Shown here: positions 14,246-28,849 of the stretch, piece by piece | Position numbering within the stretch: the stretch's first letter is position 1 | Layout: every line of letters begins with the position of its first letter | Origin: Lama glama | Lineage: Eukaryota | DNA length: 64,000 nucleotides | Assembly: GCA_028534125.1 (NCBI GenBank) | Contig: CM052817.1 | Location: 52,578,001-52,642,000, forward strand | Direction: 5' to 3' | Translations under genes and position numbers: made by a program | The notes under the pieces: generated by a model | What the model was told of the DNA's origin: nothing | Seen by the model: the letters and a program-made list of their open reading frames with translations, nothing else | Database searches by the model: none

Positions 14246-14899
14246 ATTAATATTCCATTGCATGTTTTATTATTATTACTCCTGTGTTATGTTTTTTACA
14301 TCATACATAGCAATCTAATATTAGACCTTTTTTTGATCTGCAAATGAGAAAAAAACATCATACGTTATATTCATTTTATTTTTTCATATATTTAAATATC
14401 CATCTCTGCTATATTAGGACAATTTCAGAAAGAGTAATACTTTTTCCATTATCATGATAGAGAAGAATTCCACTTCTAGCTTTTGTGGACTAAATTGTAT
14501 GAAACAAAATGTTCTTCAAAGTTACCAAAGAATTGGAGTCTTAATCAAGATCCCAGAGGGATAAAAACCCAGGGAGATGAGCTTCATTTTTGGTATTGGT
14601 GTTGCTCTTGAGGCAATGACCAATCCAAAAAGCTAAAACTGAAATCATAGGACTCTGAGAAGAAAGCTATTAATGAGAATCTTATAAATTAAAGATGAGT
14701 TATCCTGAGTCACGTGGACAGCAGTGAAATTGGACAGGACAAACTCAATCAATTAGGAGGGGCCTGGTTAAGCATCCCAGTCTCTTCTTTGGGATGCTTC
14801 TAAAGCATATGTCATAGCAGTCAGCATGAACCAAAAGTAGATAAGTCCTCACCTACCAAAAAACCAAACTCAAATGAGAACTCAATCCAAACTGGTTTA

Positions 14900-17850
14900 A
14901 GATGATCTAGTCATAATATAACTTCCTTCCAAAGACAATGTTAACTTCTTTCTGGAAGAAGATAACCTTGATAGAGACATAAGTTATGCCTACAGTTTTT
15001 TTTAGAAAATAGTATATCCAGAATTCAATAAATAATGAGATTTTCAGAAAGATAAAACATTGATAACAATTCAAGAAAATAAGGCAGTAGAATGTGATAC
15101 AGAGGAGATTATGAATAAGATTTGGGCTTTAATGTAAAGGATTACTGTTTTCAGGAATTTAAATAATAGTAGAAAGGTTCACATGAGAACTTGAAACCTT
15201 AAAAATGAATTAAAGTGCATTGTGAAAATGAAAAATCTATAAACAAAATTAAAAAGTCAAAATAGGTTTAATGGTACTTATATCAAATTATAAGAAATAA
15301 TTCATAAAATAGAAAATAAGCCAGAAGAAAATAGTCACACAATAGCATTGAGGAAGAAAGGCAATAACAATTTTTTAAAAATCAGTTTTTCAGCTGAGGC
15401 TGCCATAATAAAATACCATAAACAGGGAATCTTAAACAACAAGACTTTATTTTTCATAGTTGTGGAGGATGAAAAGTCTGAGAGTAAGGCGCTGAATGAT
15501 TTGGTTCCCCGGTGAGCTCTCTTCTTGACTTGCAAATGGACACTTCCTGGCCTTCTGGCCCTTACATGTAGGAGAGAGAGAGAGAGGAACAAGCTCTCTG
15601 GTGTCGTCTTAGAAGGACACCAATTATTTCATGATGGCCCCACCATCATGGCCTTATCTAACTTCAGTTACCTCTCGGTGGCTCAACCTCAAAAGTTCAT
15701 CACATTGAAGGTTAGGGTTTCAATGTATGACTTGAGGGGACCCAATTCAATTCATAGAAAGGAGGATGCCAGACATATATGATTTGTTGAAATGTTTTAC
15801 AAATGTAACTGGAAGCTGCAAAGGAGACAGGAAAATAGGGAGACAATATTTTCAAAACTAATGGTAAGAATTTTCCAAAATTGACAAAAGACATTTTAAC
15901 TAGATTCTTGAAGCCTTACCAAGTGAACCAAGTTTAAAGGAAATATCTCTGATATTTTCTATGAAAATTGATGAAATATCAGAATAAGCAAAATTGTAAA
16001 ATTAGCTAGAAACCAAAAAGCAATGTAAAGGTTGTAGTTTATCTACTAGTAAAAACAAAAGCCAGAAATAATAGAAATCTATCAAATTATGTCATCAAAA
16101 TGCTAAAAATTTCCAACATAAAACTCTAAATCCAGCAAAATTTGCCTTCAAATAAAAGGGGGACATAAACATATTTTCAGAAAAAAAGTAAGAAAATGTG
16201 TCACTAGCATAACTTTACAATGAAAATAATAAAAGCAGTTGCTTTAGGTCAAATGAAAATTACTCCATGTTTATACAAGAAGAAATAAATAGAAATACAA
16301 AGATAAAATATAGGATTAAATTTATATAGAGAGTCTAAACCAATAGTCATAATATCTTGAAGAATTTAAATATACATAGGAATAAAATATGAAGCAGCAA
16401 TATCAGAGAAAGAAGTAAATAAGAGGTAACCTTTCAATTTCTTGCATTGACCAGTGGGTGGGAAAATAATTTTAATCAGAATATGACAAGAATGCATGTA
16501 GAAATCCTGAGGGTAATCACTAAAATAATAGCAAAATAATGTAGAATTAACAAGTTTATGAAGTATGTGTAAAATAATACAAACATGATTAATTTAATAG
16601 ATGACTGAAAAAAAGAGAGGTATAGAAATAGAAAACAGTAGAACAAATAGAACATAAATGACAAGATGATTTATAAATCCAAATACATCAGCAATTACAT
16701 TGTATTGTAAAAGAGACCAAATAATTCTAGTAAGATATCAGTACTTGAGACAAGGAGGGGGAAAGAAAAACTTCATACTCCTCAAAAAAAGACATGAATT
16801 AAAAATAATGATACAAAATTTTACAAGTGAAAGAACAAAATATATACCATATAAACACTAGGTAAAGAAAGCTGCTGTAACTTTGTTTTACACCAGAGAA
16901 AAGTAGACTGTAAAGCAAAAAACATGAAAGGTAAAGATGGATGTTTCATAATGATAAAAGGATCACTCCATGTGGAAGACTTAACCATTCTAAATTTATT
17001 TTTACCTAATAATAGTCTAATATATACATATATATATATATATATTAGTCTGCATGACCAACTGAATTTATCCAGAAGTGTAGATTACTTTGACTTTTGA
17101 AAAAACAATGCAGTCAATACCAGTCTTATAATTATTAAATAGATTCAGAAAAAAAATGACATAAAACTCTTAGCAAACTATAAAATGAAAAGAAGTTTCT
17201 TAATCTAATAAAGCACATTTAGAAAACTCTACAACATGTGTAATGATTAATGGTCCAATGCTTCAATTTTCCACTGGAAATGGAAACAAGAAAAGCATTT
17301 ACAATATTGCCACCTCAGTGTAACGCTGGGATGAACTACATTGCCAATAAAGTAAAGTAAAATAAAAAGTTTAAGTAACGTAAATAAGTAATTTGTGTTT
17401 ATAAAAGGTGTGATTTTATATGTATAATATTCAATAATAAAATAATTAAATTTATAACTCAGAAGATAAATATAAAACTGAATTTTACTGATATCCAACA
17501 ACAATAGGCAATTAGAATGTAAGCTTTTGAGAAAAAGTGCCTTTTATGATATCAAAAAACATAAAAATACTTGTAAATAATAATAAAAATGTGCAAGATT
17601 TCTAGATAGAAAGTATCAGATGGTTATTTAGCATAGTAAAAGAAAATATAAATAAATAGATGAATATATCATGCATTGATTAGAAAACTCATTATACTTT
17701 ATTGTATATTTTTAAATGTTGATTCTCCCAATATTGTAAAATATGTCAATTCTGTGTAAATACGATCCTTGGATTCAATATAGTATGAATTAAAATTTGA
17801 TGCTCTTTTGGAAATTGAAAAGTTCAATGTGGAAACATATAGATTTATCC
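14900..17850 (+). mobile_element. Decayed L1M with ORF1, inter-ORF and deleted ORF2 pieces, interrupted by MLT1A
   Basis: A-rich sense strand with gaattttccaaaattgac, tccagcaaaatttgccttcaaa, cataatgataaaaggatca, attaaatagattcagaaaaa and ggaaacaagaaaagc in L1 order. Confidence 0.75.
15383..15760 (-). mobile_element. MLT1A-type MaLR solo LTR
   Basis: ggctgccataataaaataccata...cttaaacaacaaga...cacattgaaggttagggtttcaatgtatga, the antisense MLT1A pattern. Confidence 0.85.
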
Positions 17851-17869
17851 AAGTTAATTTTTCATTCTT

Positions 17870-18200
17870 GACAATTAAGTTAATTGCATTATAAATTACA
17901 AGCACTATGTACCCAAATTTTAGGTGTACAGCTTGTTGAATTTGTAATATATATGTAACCTAAGAGAAATTAATTTTTAGTATCACAGAAGATCTCAAGT
18001 CCCCTTCCAGCCATTACCTACATGGTAATCTTTATTTTTATCAGTAACACCATAGATCAGGTTTCCTTCTTTTTTGAATTTCATATAAATAAAATCAAGT
18101 AGCAGATGTCCTTTTTATATCTTACTTTTACTCAGCATTGTATCTGAGATCACATATGTTTCTTCATGCAAAGTTTTCTCTTTATTATAAGTGGTTGGCA
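17870..18200 (-). mobile_element. L1ME-like 3' end fragment
   Basis: gtgtacagcttgttgaattt...ttttgaatttcatataaataaaatca...ttttactcagcatt. Confidence 0.6.
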
Positions 18201-20473
18201 ATATTTCAAAGACCAGTTTTGACATAAAAATATATTTTTAGTTATCTGTAAATTATACTAAGTTGTGAAAGTTGAATTTTAATATTGTATTTCATTAACA
18301 TATATTTTCAATTTTTTACTTTTGCTCAGTGACACTGTGTTCCCCTAGTCTCAAAATAATGCAGTTATCTTTGGACACCTTCTAATTCTCTTTCCATTTT
18401 TAGTCACTGACTAATGCTTCAGTATATCCCTATGATTTCTCTTGCTTGGTAAATATATACTTATCTTTCAAGGCTCAAATCATGGGGCAGCACATCTCTG
18501 AAACCTTCATTGATTCAGAGTTGATATATTAATCCCTTGTGTTCCCACTCTAACGTGCACACTTCCAGTTTATGAAGTCATACTATTGGTATACTTATAG
18601 TATCTATCAAAATGAGAACTCATAAATATCAAATTAATGAATAAATTAATCTATAGTTGACTTTGATTTTCTTTTACAGCATATTATATTGAGCAGGATA
18701 TTTTAGGGAAAAAGAATATAATGCTGCCATAGCTGAGTGTTGAAACAGTGTAGGATCCAAAAAAAGTATCTGGGAAGATATGTTATAAAGTCTATAAAGT
18801 GATTAACGTGCTACACAAAGGAAAACCATGAACCAAATGTCTGATTTCATAGCTCACTACTTCCTTAAACACTGAACAGTTGATTTATTTAAAAACTTGA
18901 AACACAATGTGAACTCTTCTGTCTTTTGAGCTTTTTGCAGACAAATCCCACTTGTTCCATTAAATCTTCCAAATACATCTCCACCAGTGGCCAAACCTGT
19001 CATTTAAAGGTTGCATACAAAAAAATCATTGTAATTCATCAGTGACAAACTATATGCTTACTGTGCTGTGGTATTTCTTACACCATTTCCTAGAGTCATA
19101 TATTCCTTTTAACTAAAAATAATATTGGCTTATATCTTGCTTATACAATTAGATGGAAATGCCCTTGAAAGTATGACTGTTTTATGCCTATTGATTTCTC
19201 TAGATCAGGGAAAATATTCCGTTTATATTTGTTCCTTATTTTATTAAAGAGTTACAGAAGAAAATTGCGCATGTGTGTATAATGCATATAACTCGTATAG
19301 AAATTACCTCTCATGTCAATATAGACTATTTTTAATTACTACAAAAATGTGACTTACAGTTTTATTCTTGTTGGTTATGCATTAATTATTGCCAACTTGA
19401 AAAAAGTAGCATTCAATTTTCCTGATTATCAGTATTTCATTCATTAAGGCACTATAATACGAATCCAGTAAAATACTTTGCAGTGACACTGAACTAAGCC
19501 AATTACTTCACAGTAAGTATGAGTGGTATTACTTGGTATCTCAACTGCGGTAAAGAAAACATTATAATTAAATGGTCATGTCCATCACTTGCTTTGTATC
19601 TATCCAGAAAACTACACACGTATTGCATACTACTTTACAAGCATTGCTGGTATATTACTTAGTGTCTCTTTCTTAACCAATACATTTATGCTGCCTCTGA
19701 TTAACAGGTTGCCATGCAGTTAATGAGCTGCATCAAATTTTTTATTTATTTTAACAATAATTCTCCTGTCTGTTTTTGTCACCTTTGGGCAATGATTAGC
19801 TATTTCATTTTCTACTTCATAGTTCTTTTCTTATTCTTATCTCTCTTGAGTATTAAGTCTAGTTATCTGATGCAACAAAGCTTGTTCCTGAAAAAGTTCC
19901 CCATACAATCATGACATCAGCTATTCTCTATATAAAGAAATAGGACATAACAAAAAGATAGATTTGGACAACTCATAGATGCTCCATAGTAATAATATAT
20001 ATAAACAGATTGGTGTGACAGAATTAATTTAATGAAATGAATAGTATTTACTTTTGAAGCTTTCTTATTGAGATTTGTAGAACATTCACTCCATCTGCAT
20101 TCATTTTTATATTTTTTAAATGTCAAAATATTAAATTTTTTTAACTTTTGTTTAATTTTCATCTGTATAATCCAAACTGACCAACTAACCAACCTTCACT
20201 AATATAAACAATAAGAAAATCAACTTAAAACAAAACAAGCAAAACACCAAACAACCAACAGTTGAGATTTTAAAAGGAAGAAGGTTAATCAACAGTATAA
20301 TTTTTTTAGAAAAATCAGTGCTGAGTAACCCTTTATCATAATGATAAAAGGCAAGCTTTTGATTATTAATTCTCTCCAGTGATCAACCCATAGAGTTAAC
20401 TTCTACAGCAGAGCAGCTAACACTTAAAAAGTAGTGTGGAGGATATCAATATGGTGGGATAGACCAGAATCCC

Positions 20474-20708
20474 AAGAAACTGAAAAGTCTTTGACTTTGT
20501 TTTATGGCTAAACTATTATTATCTTGTCTTACTTGGCTGTTTTCCTTTGTTTCTGCATTTTCTCACTACTCTGCTTAAATTTGTTCTTTGGAACTCAGGG
20601 AAGGCTTAGGAGGCTAAAGCTTTTCCATAAACAAGAGTCAGGGGACTGTGGGAGCAGGGGGACAGTGTCTGTCTCCTGAAAGGCCCTACAGGGTCTTTCT
20701 CAGTTTCA
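20474..20708 (-). mobile_element. Partial ERV1-class LTR (U3 end)
   Basis: Minus strand starts TGAAACTGAGAAAGACCCTGTAGGGCC. Contains tctttggaactcagggaagg, which I recall from cetartiodactyl ERV1 LTRs. No second terminus seen. Confidence 0.7.
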
Positions 20709-21963
20709 GGTTTAGTCAGACACCTCCACTACCAATCCCCAGCTAGCTCACATTGAATATTAAAAATTTGTTAAGAGGTGGCATATACTATATACATACC
20801 ACTTCTTCTCATTTATAAATAACTGAATGCAAAATGGGTGTTTTACATATATCAATTGTAATTATGTATCCTCTCTATTGTCCTCCTCTATTTTTTTTCT
20901 GAGATTGTAAAATTCTCTCTTTTCTCTTCCTTTCTTTCCCTATTTCCTTCTTTTATCATTCATTTTTTTCTTTCCTGTTTACCTACTAAGATTTATTTTG
21001 AGTAATAATTTTCAGAGACTATCATTCTCAGTAATCTCTTCTTTTCCATAGAAAAGTGCATCATAGAAATGCTTCCAAATATTTCAATATGCATATCCTT
21101 GTCTAATTCCTTTTACAGATTGTATACAATTCTAAAGAGGAAATAAAAGCCAGTAACTGAAGAAATTTTTGTCTTTTTCACAGAGGTAGCCCCAGAATAT
21201 GATATGGTACTTAAAATACTTTATAATTTTAGATGATTGTAAAATCTCACTTCTGTTAGTTTACTGTAACTGTTTTATACCATCTTGACCAACTTTATAG
21301 CTGCATTATTTCAGTGTGTGCATTCCTGGTTATTGTCCCCATATTTTCTCAATACTGGGCTTTATGATCACAGTTGCACTTGAAGTCAAGACTTAGCTTT
21401 TAATTACTTAACATGTTAAACATTCAGCATATGAAAATTTCTGGTATTTAACGCTTTACATTTTCTCACAATTATCCATCTCTCTTTCTTACTCTTTCCC
21501 TGTCTCTATCTCTTCCTCTCTGTCTACTCTCTTTCACTCTCTTTGTTTCTCTCTCTCTTTATCTTGTTCTCTTCTCTTTTAGTGGGGATGATATAGTGAA
21601 CAATAAAGAGAAATGAGACAGGGGGAATTAATGAAGATATTGAATAAAAAGATGAATCTGAGCTGGAAGAGAGGTAATGGAGGCCATGGCCTGCACACCT
21701 AACAAATTAACCACACAACCACTTTCTTTAACTTTTATTTCACTCATGTTGTATTGTTCTTCCTCCATTTTACCACTGAAGACTTACTTTCCCTGCTGTA
21801 AAACACTGGCTTTGGGTCAATTGAAATATGACCCTTTCTGTTTCTTATAAACACTATTCTCAGTATAACTACAAAAAAGTACAAATCAACAATAAACCAA
21901 TATATAAATAAAATAATACACTCATAAATACATAAAACTGGAAAATGTTTATATATACATAGA

Positions 21964-21965
<2 letters not shown>

Positions 21966-22000
<35 letters not shown>
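21966..22000. repeat. (TG)~17 microsatellite
   Basis: Perfect TG run followed by (ATAG)n. Confidence 0.97.
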
Positions 22001-22003
<3 letters not shown>

Positions 22004-23149
22004 GATAGATAGATATATGATGCTGCAAATTGATGTCTCTTTTCTTCGAGTTCTCAGTACTCAGTTAAAATTTTGCATGACTGTTTAACTTCTGCTAAAA
22101 TTCTCCCTCATTTGCTAATCCAAATTTTTTACTTAATCTTAAAATTTCAGCTTCATTCTCATCTCATTCTGTTTTCATTATCAGCAGAGAAAATTGCTCA
22201 CTAATTTGCAGAAAACCAATACCATTATGCAAAATTTTAAAAATTCCTTTTCTTAATATATTTATCCATCTTAATTTTCAGTGACCCCCTTCTCTTGTCA
22301 TATAATTTTTATTGTTTTTGTTTTTGTTTAAAAAGTGTCTGTTTTTGTTTTCACATGGGTTCCTTAATTGTGTTTAGATTTCAAGATCTTGGCTTCCTGA
22401 ATCACTCTTCTTCTTTAACTTCAATCTCATCTGTAGTTATCTTTGTTTTATTTAATATGAAAATAGAACATCTCAGATAGCACTAGTAAAATTCTTATCT
22501 TCATTTAGCTTTTGTATGATGTCTCCTCACAGATCACATTCTTAAATAGGAGCCTACATTTCCCTTATTATCTCCTACTAAATAAAATTCATATAATGTT
22601 ATCTATACAGTAACATTGCATAACACTCTAATTAAGATAGTCAATTTTTTATTGCTAATTCTGTTGAAAGTGTTATGTACTTCTATTGATTTCTTAGGAC
22701 CACTGCATATCTTATTTATTAATTATTAAAAATGTCCTACTTTATTGATGTAATCACTGTATCTTTTTACATTTTCTTTCTTTGTCATTCCTTATCAGAT
22801 ATCCTTTGTGGGGCCATCATTTTCCAGTAGTTTATTAAAAGTCAGTATGTTGTTTGTCTTCTTCTCTGTGGTGATATATTCAACCCTTGTCTTCTCTTTC
22901 ACTCATAGCTAGATGAATCCCAATCTAAACCATTAAATTCACCTCAGAATACATATTCAGTATCTAATAAACATCATCAGCCTTATTTAATAGAAGGCAG
23001 TGAAGAACCAAAGATGAGCAAAACAGATGTCTTTCTTGCCTGCATGAAGTACACAGAAAGATATGAAAATACATAGCCATACAAATCAATTCACACTTCA
23101 AACTCTGATAAGTGCTGCATATAGACACATGGTAAGAAAAAAATTTTAC

Positions 23150-24250
23150 AGTAAGATAATTTGACATAGTCAAGTGTGTATGGAAAGATTTACCTAATGA
23201 AATAAAATAATTTGAATCTTAAATATCTGTGGGCTCAATCCTGGCAAAAAGAAGAAATTTCCCCACAGAGAAGAGTAAGATGTGTAACGACTCTAGGATA
23301 GGATGAGCATGGTGCCCTGTAGGATTTATGTGTTTAATATTAAGTTGAAATGATGAGAACTAAGAGGTGTGTTTGTTGCATTGTGAAGAGGGGTAGAGGT
23401 AGGTAACAGAATATAAAGGCATGTTAAAGTTCCTTTATTCTCTACGAAACAATAGTAAATAATTTAAAGTGTTAAAATATAGCAGTTATGTATACATTTA
23501 AATTAATAACTTTGACTTCTGTGTGGACATTAGATTGATGTGGTTCAGAAGGACAGTAATTAATATAGAGGCTATTGCTGAATTTTGGCGTGGGGAATAT
23601 AAATTTCTGTTGGATAGAGAAGTGTTCAGGATACAGAGAAACCTGCATTATCTGACACATATTCAGAAGTTTCTATTGAGAGGATGTGGTGATAAGTTAG
23701 ATATGGAAAGTGATGGTAAGTTAAAATGTCATAAAATTGTTAGTATCACATAAGTGAATTGTTAATCATGCCGTTGCTCAGATATCTGGAAGGAAAGTTT
23801 ATTTGTGTGGGAAGAGGACACTGATGCTTGATTTGTTTTTGAGATTTCAAAGAAGATATGTAGGCATTTGATATATGTGTGTTTGGAATAGAGTGAAGTA
23901 TCTCGGAAATATAAATAAACTAGTTAATTATTTATATGCAGGTGGTAATTAAACATGTGTGAATAAATGTAATTCCTTAGGCAAATATATTTCTTAGGCA
24001 ATATTTGAGAAGAGAGACAAAGACAGAAACTTTAGGAATTTAATCAATGTTGGGGAAGAAAACAATGATTCTATAAAGGAAATATGGCAGTAGCAACCAA
24101 AGAGGAAGAGAAAGTGGGTCAGAAAAACTTTAAAAACACGTGTATTAAAAATGATGCAGCAGCCATAATGATAAGTGCTGCCAAGAAGATGAAGATTGAT
24201 AAATGGTGTCTTGTTAAATACTATTGTCCTAGCAGGTATTGCTTCATTAG
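23150..24250 (-). mobile_element. L2 remnant
   Basis: Purine-rich antisense L2-like motifs gaggctattgctgaa, gaagatatgtaggcatttgatatatg, ggtggtaattaaac. Confidence 0.6.
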
Positions 24251-26249
24251 GAGGTGATAAAAATAGATAACACAAGCGTAAGACTTAATATGATGCATTT
24301 TAAAGTGCATTAAATATAATTAACAAATTTAATTCTTAGAATGAGATAAGAAGTACATACCATTATTATAAAGACTCACAACACAGATGAGAAAATTATG
24401 GTATAGTTACTCTAAGTATATTATGAAAGGTCAAATGGCTAATGAATAATTAGAAGCTGGGTACAAGCAATCTGTCCAATGAGTCCATGATCATGTGTGA
24501 TATTAATAAGGGCAAGATAGTTTGGAGTAAAATGTGATGAAATAGGAGGAGAGTACAGAAAAAGATAATTCTTCAGGAGCAAAATGAGACACATGTTTGC
24601 ATAAATGTAAATGAATATTGTAAAGTAGCAGTTAACATGTAGAAACAATTAAAACATACATAAAATGGCATGTAAGTCAGAGCGGTGTTGTATGTGAAGT
24701 GTTCCAAGGTCTTTGTGTTTTCTGGGAAATGTATATTTGCCTTCCATCAAAATGTAGCAAGTGTTTTTTTGTTGCTGTTGTTTTTGTTCAAACACTAAAA
24801 TAATGATTAAAAAAAGCCCTCATAAATACTAAATAGTGGGATTGGATAAAATTCAACAAAAGAACAGAATAGAATGATTAATAAATAAATAACAAGGATG
24901 TCAAATGGGGGAAAAACATAATTGATAGATTTAACCTCAAACAAACATTAAATGTAATTGGATTGTATCCCTGGAAAAAAATATAATAAGCAGAAGCGAG
25001 ACAGTGATCCTGTTGCCACACAGAAATACAGGTAAATTACAAAAATAATTATTTTAATTACATTTGAGAGCTATGGACAGAACAATAAAGTAAGATTCCA
25101 GAGAAAGAAGTTCTTCCTGAGTGTTATGGTATCAATGGCTGATTTCTCCCAAGAGTATTTATTGGTCTTATGTTAGGCTTTTGAAGGATAGGTGAATCTA
25201 CCAGGGAAAATGAAGCAGATTATATTAATCTCTTACATAATAAAACAGTAAAATTTATACTAATAGTTTCCCTTCTTTTACAACAAAATCATCCCTTTTC
25301 CCTATATCAAATGTCATGGACTGAGGTACAAATCAAGTATTAAGTCTCAGTTAACTTTAGATTCCAAGATTCTTCTATGCATGACTATATAAGACTTTTT
25401 ATTTTTTTACTAAATTGTCCTATGTAAACAAGCATAGAAAAACATAAATAGGAAAATTCTGAGTGAATTAAATTAATGTAGCTAATTATGGATGATGTGC
25501 TATCAACAGACCACTTCACTAGTTTAATCAATATCTCATAGTTTGCTGTTTTTTTTTTAAATTTAAAACTTTAAACTCATCTTTGCAGTAACTATGAAGA
25601 GACACAAGGGAAAATAAATGAGAAGTAAGTATGACTTAAATTAAAACATCACCTGATTTAACATAGAGCATTGACATTTGTAAATAATTTGTCAGAGAAC
25701 ATTTGGTATAGGGTAAGCACATCAAAAAATACATAAATCTAAAATCAGCTAACACTAGAGATAGATAAAATGATAGGGGACTGAGCATATGAACATTATA
25801 AAAAGGCTATTTAATTGCTTGAAATTTTCATTGAATATGGGTAATACATGTCACTTTTTATTTGCAAGTATATTGATTTGGTTCCTTCATTGCTGCAGAA
25901 TTTCATGAGAAATTATATATGATCATTATCATTTAATTTATAGAAACATGAACAATTTTATGAAATATTTATATTATTCTTTAAAAATATAGCACTGAAG
26001 TTGTACCAATTACCAAATATTTTATTGTGAAAAATTCATATTTTTAAAAAGTTATAAAAGTACTTCCTGAATAACAATTACACATAGATTTCCCAAATAT
26101 TGTATCATGTTTACTTAATTTATAGTTTATTTCTTCCTCTTTTCTTTCTCCCTCCTTCCTTCTCACCAATATTAGCATATGTATATATAATATATTTATA
26201 TATATAACATGCACTATACTGTAAGTACTGCAATGAGTATATTTTAAAC

Positions 26250-26463
26250 ACAGGAGACAGGAGACTTAAATACTGTATATAAAATAGATAAAACAATAAG
26301 TTTCATCTCCATAGCACAGGGAAATATATTCAGTATCTTATAGTAACCAGTAATGAAAAAGAATATGAAAATTAATATATATATGTGTATGCATAACTGA
26401 AAAATTATGCCATACACCAGAAACTGACACATTGTAAACTAACTATACTACAATTTTAAAAAA
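26250..26463 (+). mobile_element. 5'-truncated cetartiodactyl/camelid L1 3'UTR
   Basis: atagcacagggaaatatattcagtatcttatagtaacc...acaccagaaactgacacattgtaaact plus A-tail. Clearly similar to the reverse complement of 42000-42200. Confidence 0.9.
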
Positions 26464-27889
26464 GGATACTTTTCACATTTTTCTAATTTTTTTTTCTGAT
26501 CTAAGATCCAAAATAATATGTCACATTTTTTGTTAAAAAAAGACATACATTAAAAAAATCCTTGGCCTACAAGACAGTTTTCTATAGAGCTATGTGAAGA
26601 GGGATCAGTCATTAAGTTTATGTGTGTGTGTTTATGTGTGTGTGTGCATATAAAACAGAAAGACATTTTGATTGTACACCATTTCCTCGTTAAGTACTGA
26701 TTGTGTGACTCCTGTATATGGGTATTTATGATTCATCATGAGAATTCTTTAATAGTAAGTAATTTTTAAGAAGTAAAATAGAGAAATATAACAGAATATA
26801 ATTGAAAATCAAATATATAATGAAAATACTTATTCCAAATTTGTGTCAGTGGTGGTAGATTTTGCATTCACACCGACTAGGGAATACTTCAAAATCTATG
26901 TTTTTAATATGACATGCCCACATCCACTTTGAAAGTGTTACATTGAGTGAATTAATTGATCATTTGGCCACATAAGCAGAAAGCTACACTAGGCTTCCAG
27001 AGTTTAAAACACCTAATTTAAAAAGTTACTTTTGGAAATCATCTCAAAAATTTAACTGCTAAGTACATTTCTTATTTTTAATATTGTTACTTCAATATGA
27101 ATGTAATGAATGTGTAATAAAAAATACTGGCAATTTAGATATAAAGTCTATAAAGCTGCCAATTGCTTTCTAGCTTAAGACAATTTCAGCTTCACTTTAA
27201 TACAGTAGTTATTCCATTATTCAAAGTCTCAGGTGACTCATCCTTATGAGTGCATTTTTTTAGCAAAGTGTAATCAACTATTAAATAAAAGCAAGATGGG
27301 AAGTATAGAAAATGTATTTTAATCAACTGAAAATATACAAGACAGAATGTTAGAGTGCTCTTTACATAGATTTTTTTAAATAATTTTTAATCAGGAATTT
27401 GCTAATTTTCTATAATACCAATGATTTTACTGTTTATATTAATAAGTCGATCAATAATTTTCTTCTCTAAGCTTTTCATTTGTTAAAAGATTTATAAATG
27501 CAAGTATCACCCTGATATCACAAATATGAAAGAATAATAATATTTAAAATTCTTTATGATGACTATTACATGTTGCTATGTGTTTACAGTTTTATTAGTA
27601 TCTTTTTTATTATAAGCTTACTGTGTATCACACTTTTATTAAAACAGTTTAACTGTATTAAAACATTTAATTGCATAGCATGCTACTTTATGTCAATTAT
27701 GAATCAAGCTCCACTCTAAAAGTTTTACATATATTAACTTCTTAAAATTCATGGTATACAATTTTTGAAATAAATGTCACTGTCATTAGAACACTGTTAG
27801 TCAAATTGTATATTGGAGAAATTTTGCCTTTATTTTTTCATGATATGCAGCAAATTCATTATAAAAAGTAAAGCATTCAAATGAATTAT

Positions 27890-28410
27890 TTGTGAAACTT
27901 ATACAAGAAAACATAGGAAAAAAATCTTCATGTTTTTAAGTTAGGCAGATTTCTAAGATATTATACCTCAAACACCATATATCATTAGAATAAAAAAAAT
28001 TATGTTCCTTCAAAGACACTGATGGAAAAATGAAAAGACAAGAAAGAGACTGGAAGAAAATATTTGCAGAACACTTATTTGTTAAAGGACTTGTATCAAT
28101 GGTATATAAAGATATCTCAAAACTCAATAATAAGAAAACAAACAATACAATAAATACCAGGTAAAATATTTGAACAAACACTTTACATATAAGCTATATG
28201 TATTGCTGATAAACACACGAAAAGCTGCAAAACATTAAAATCGTTAGGAAAACTCTAATCCTTAGACATATAGAGACAGAAGGTTAGTAAGACAAATAGC
28301 TGGGGAAATGGAATTTATTGTTGAGTATAGTTAAAGGGCAGACAGGCAATTTTTAAATTATATTCATATATTTCTGTAAGTTTTAAGTTATATCAGAATA
28401 AAAGATTACA
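27890..28410 (+). mobile_element. L1M ORF2 3' part and 3' end fragment
   Basis: gaaaacataggaaaa, gactggaagaaaatatttgca, aaaggacttgtatc, aaaactcaataataagaaaac. Confidence 0.8.
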
Positions 28411-28849
28411 AAGTATTACAAGTATTTTCCATAAAAAGAATTATATATCACATAAAATGTCACTTTTTACCACAGAGATTAGACAGTACATGACTAAAGA
28501 AAGATGCAATAATACTTCTGTTTCTCTAAATCTCTACATTCTCTTCCTTTTTGTAAGATAACCATTCATTTCATTTTTATGCAGCACCCTGTTTTAACAT
28601 TGCCAATTTATCATAAACTATTTAATCTCTTTTAATGTTTAAGGTTTACTTGAAAATTACCAAATATATTACATATTACTTCTTTTTCCTCCTAATCACT
28701 ATGACATTTTTGGTTTTAAATGCAGTTGCACAGGAATGCTCCTAAACAGATTAGCAGTGATACGGGATCTTAATATTTTATCATTGAAATATTAGGAGAA
28801 AAGACTTAATTTGGAATACATGAAAGTAATATACTGGGAGGCATTGAAA

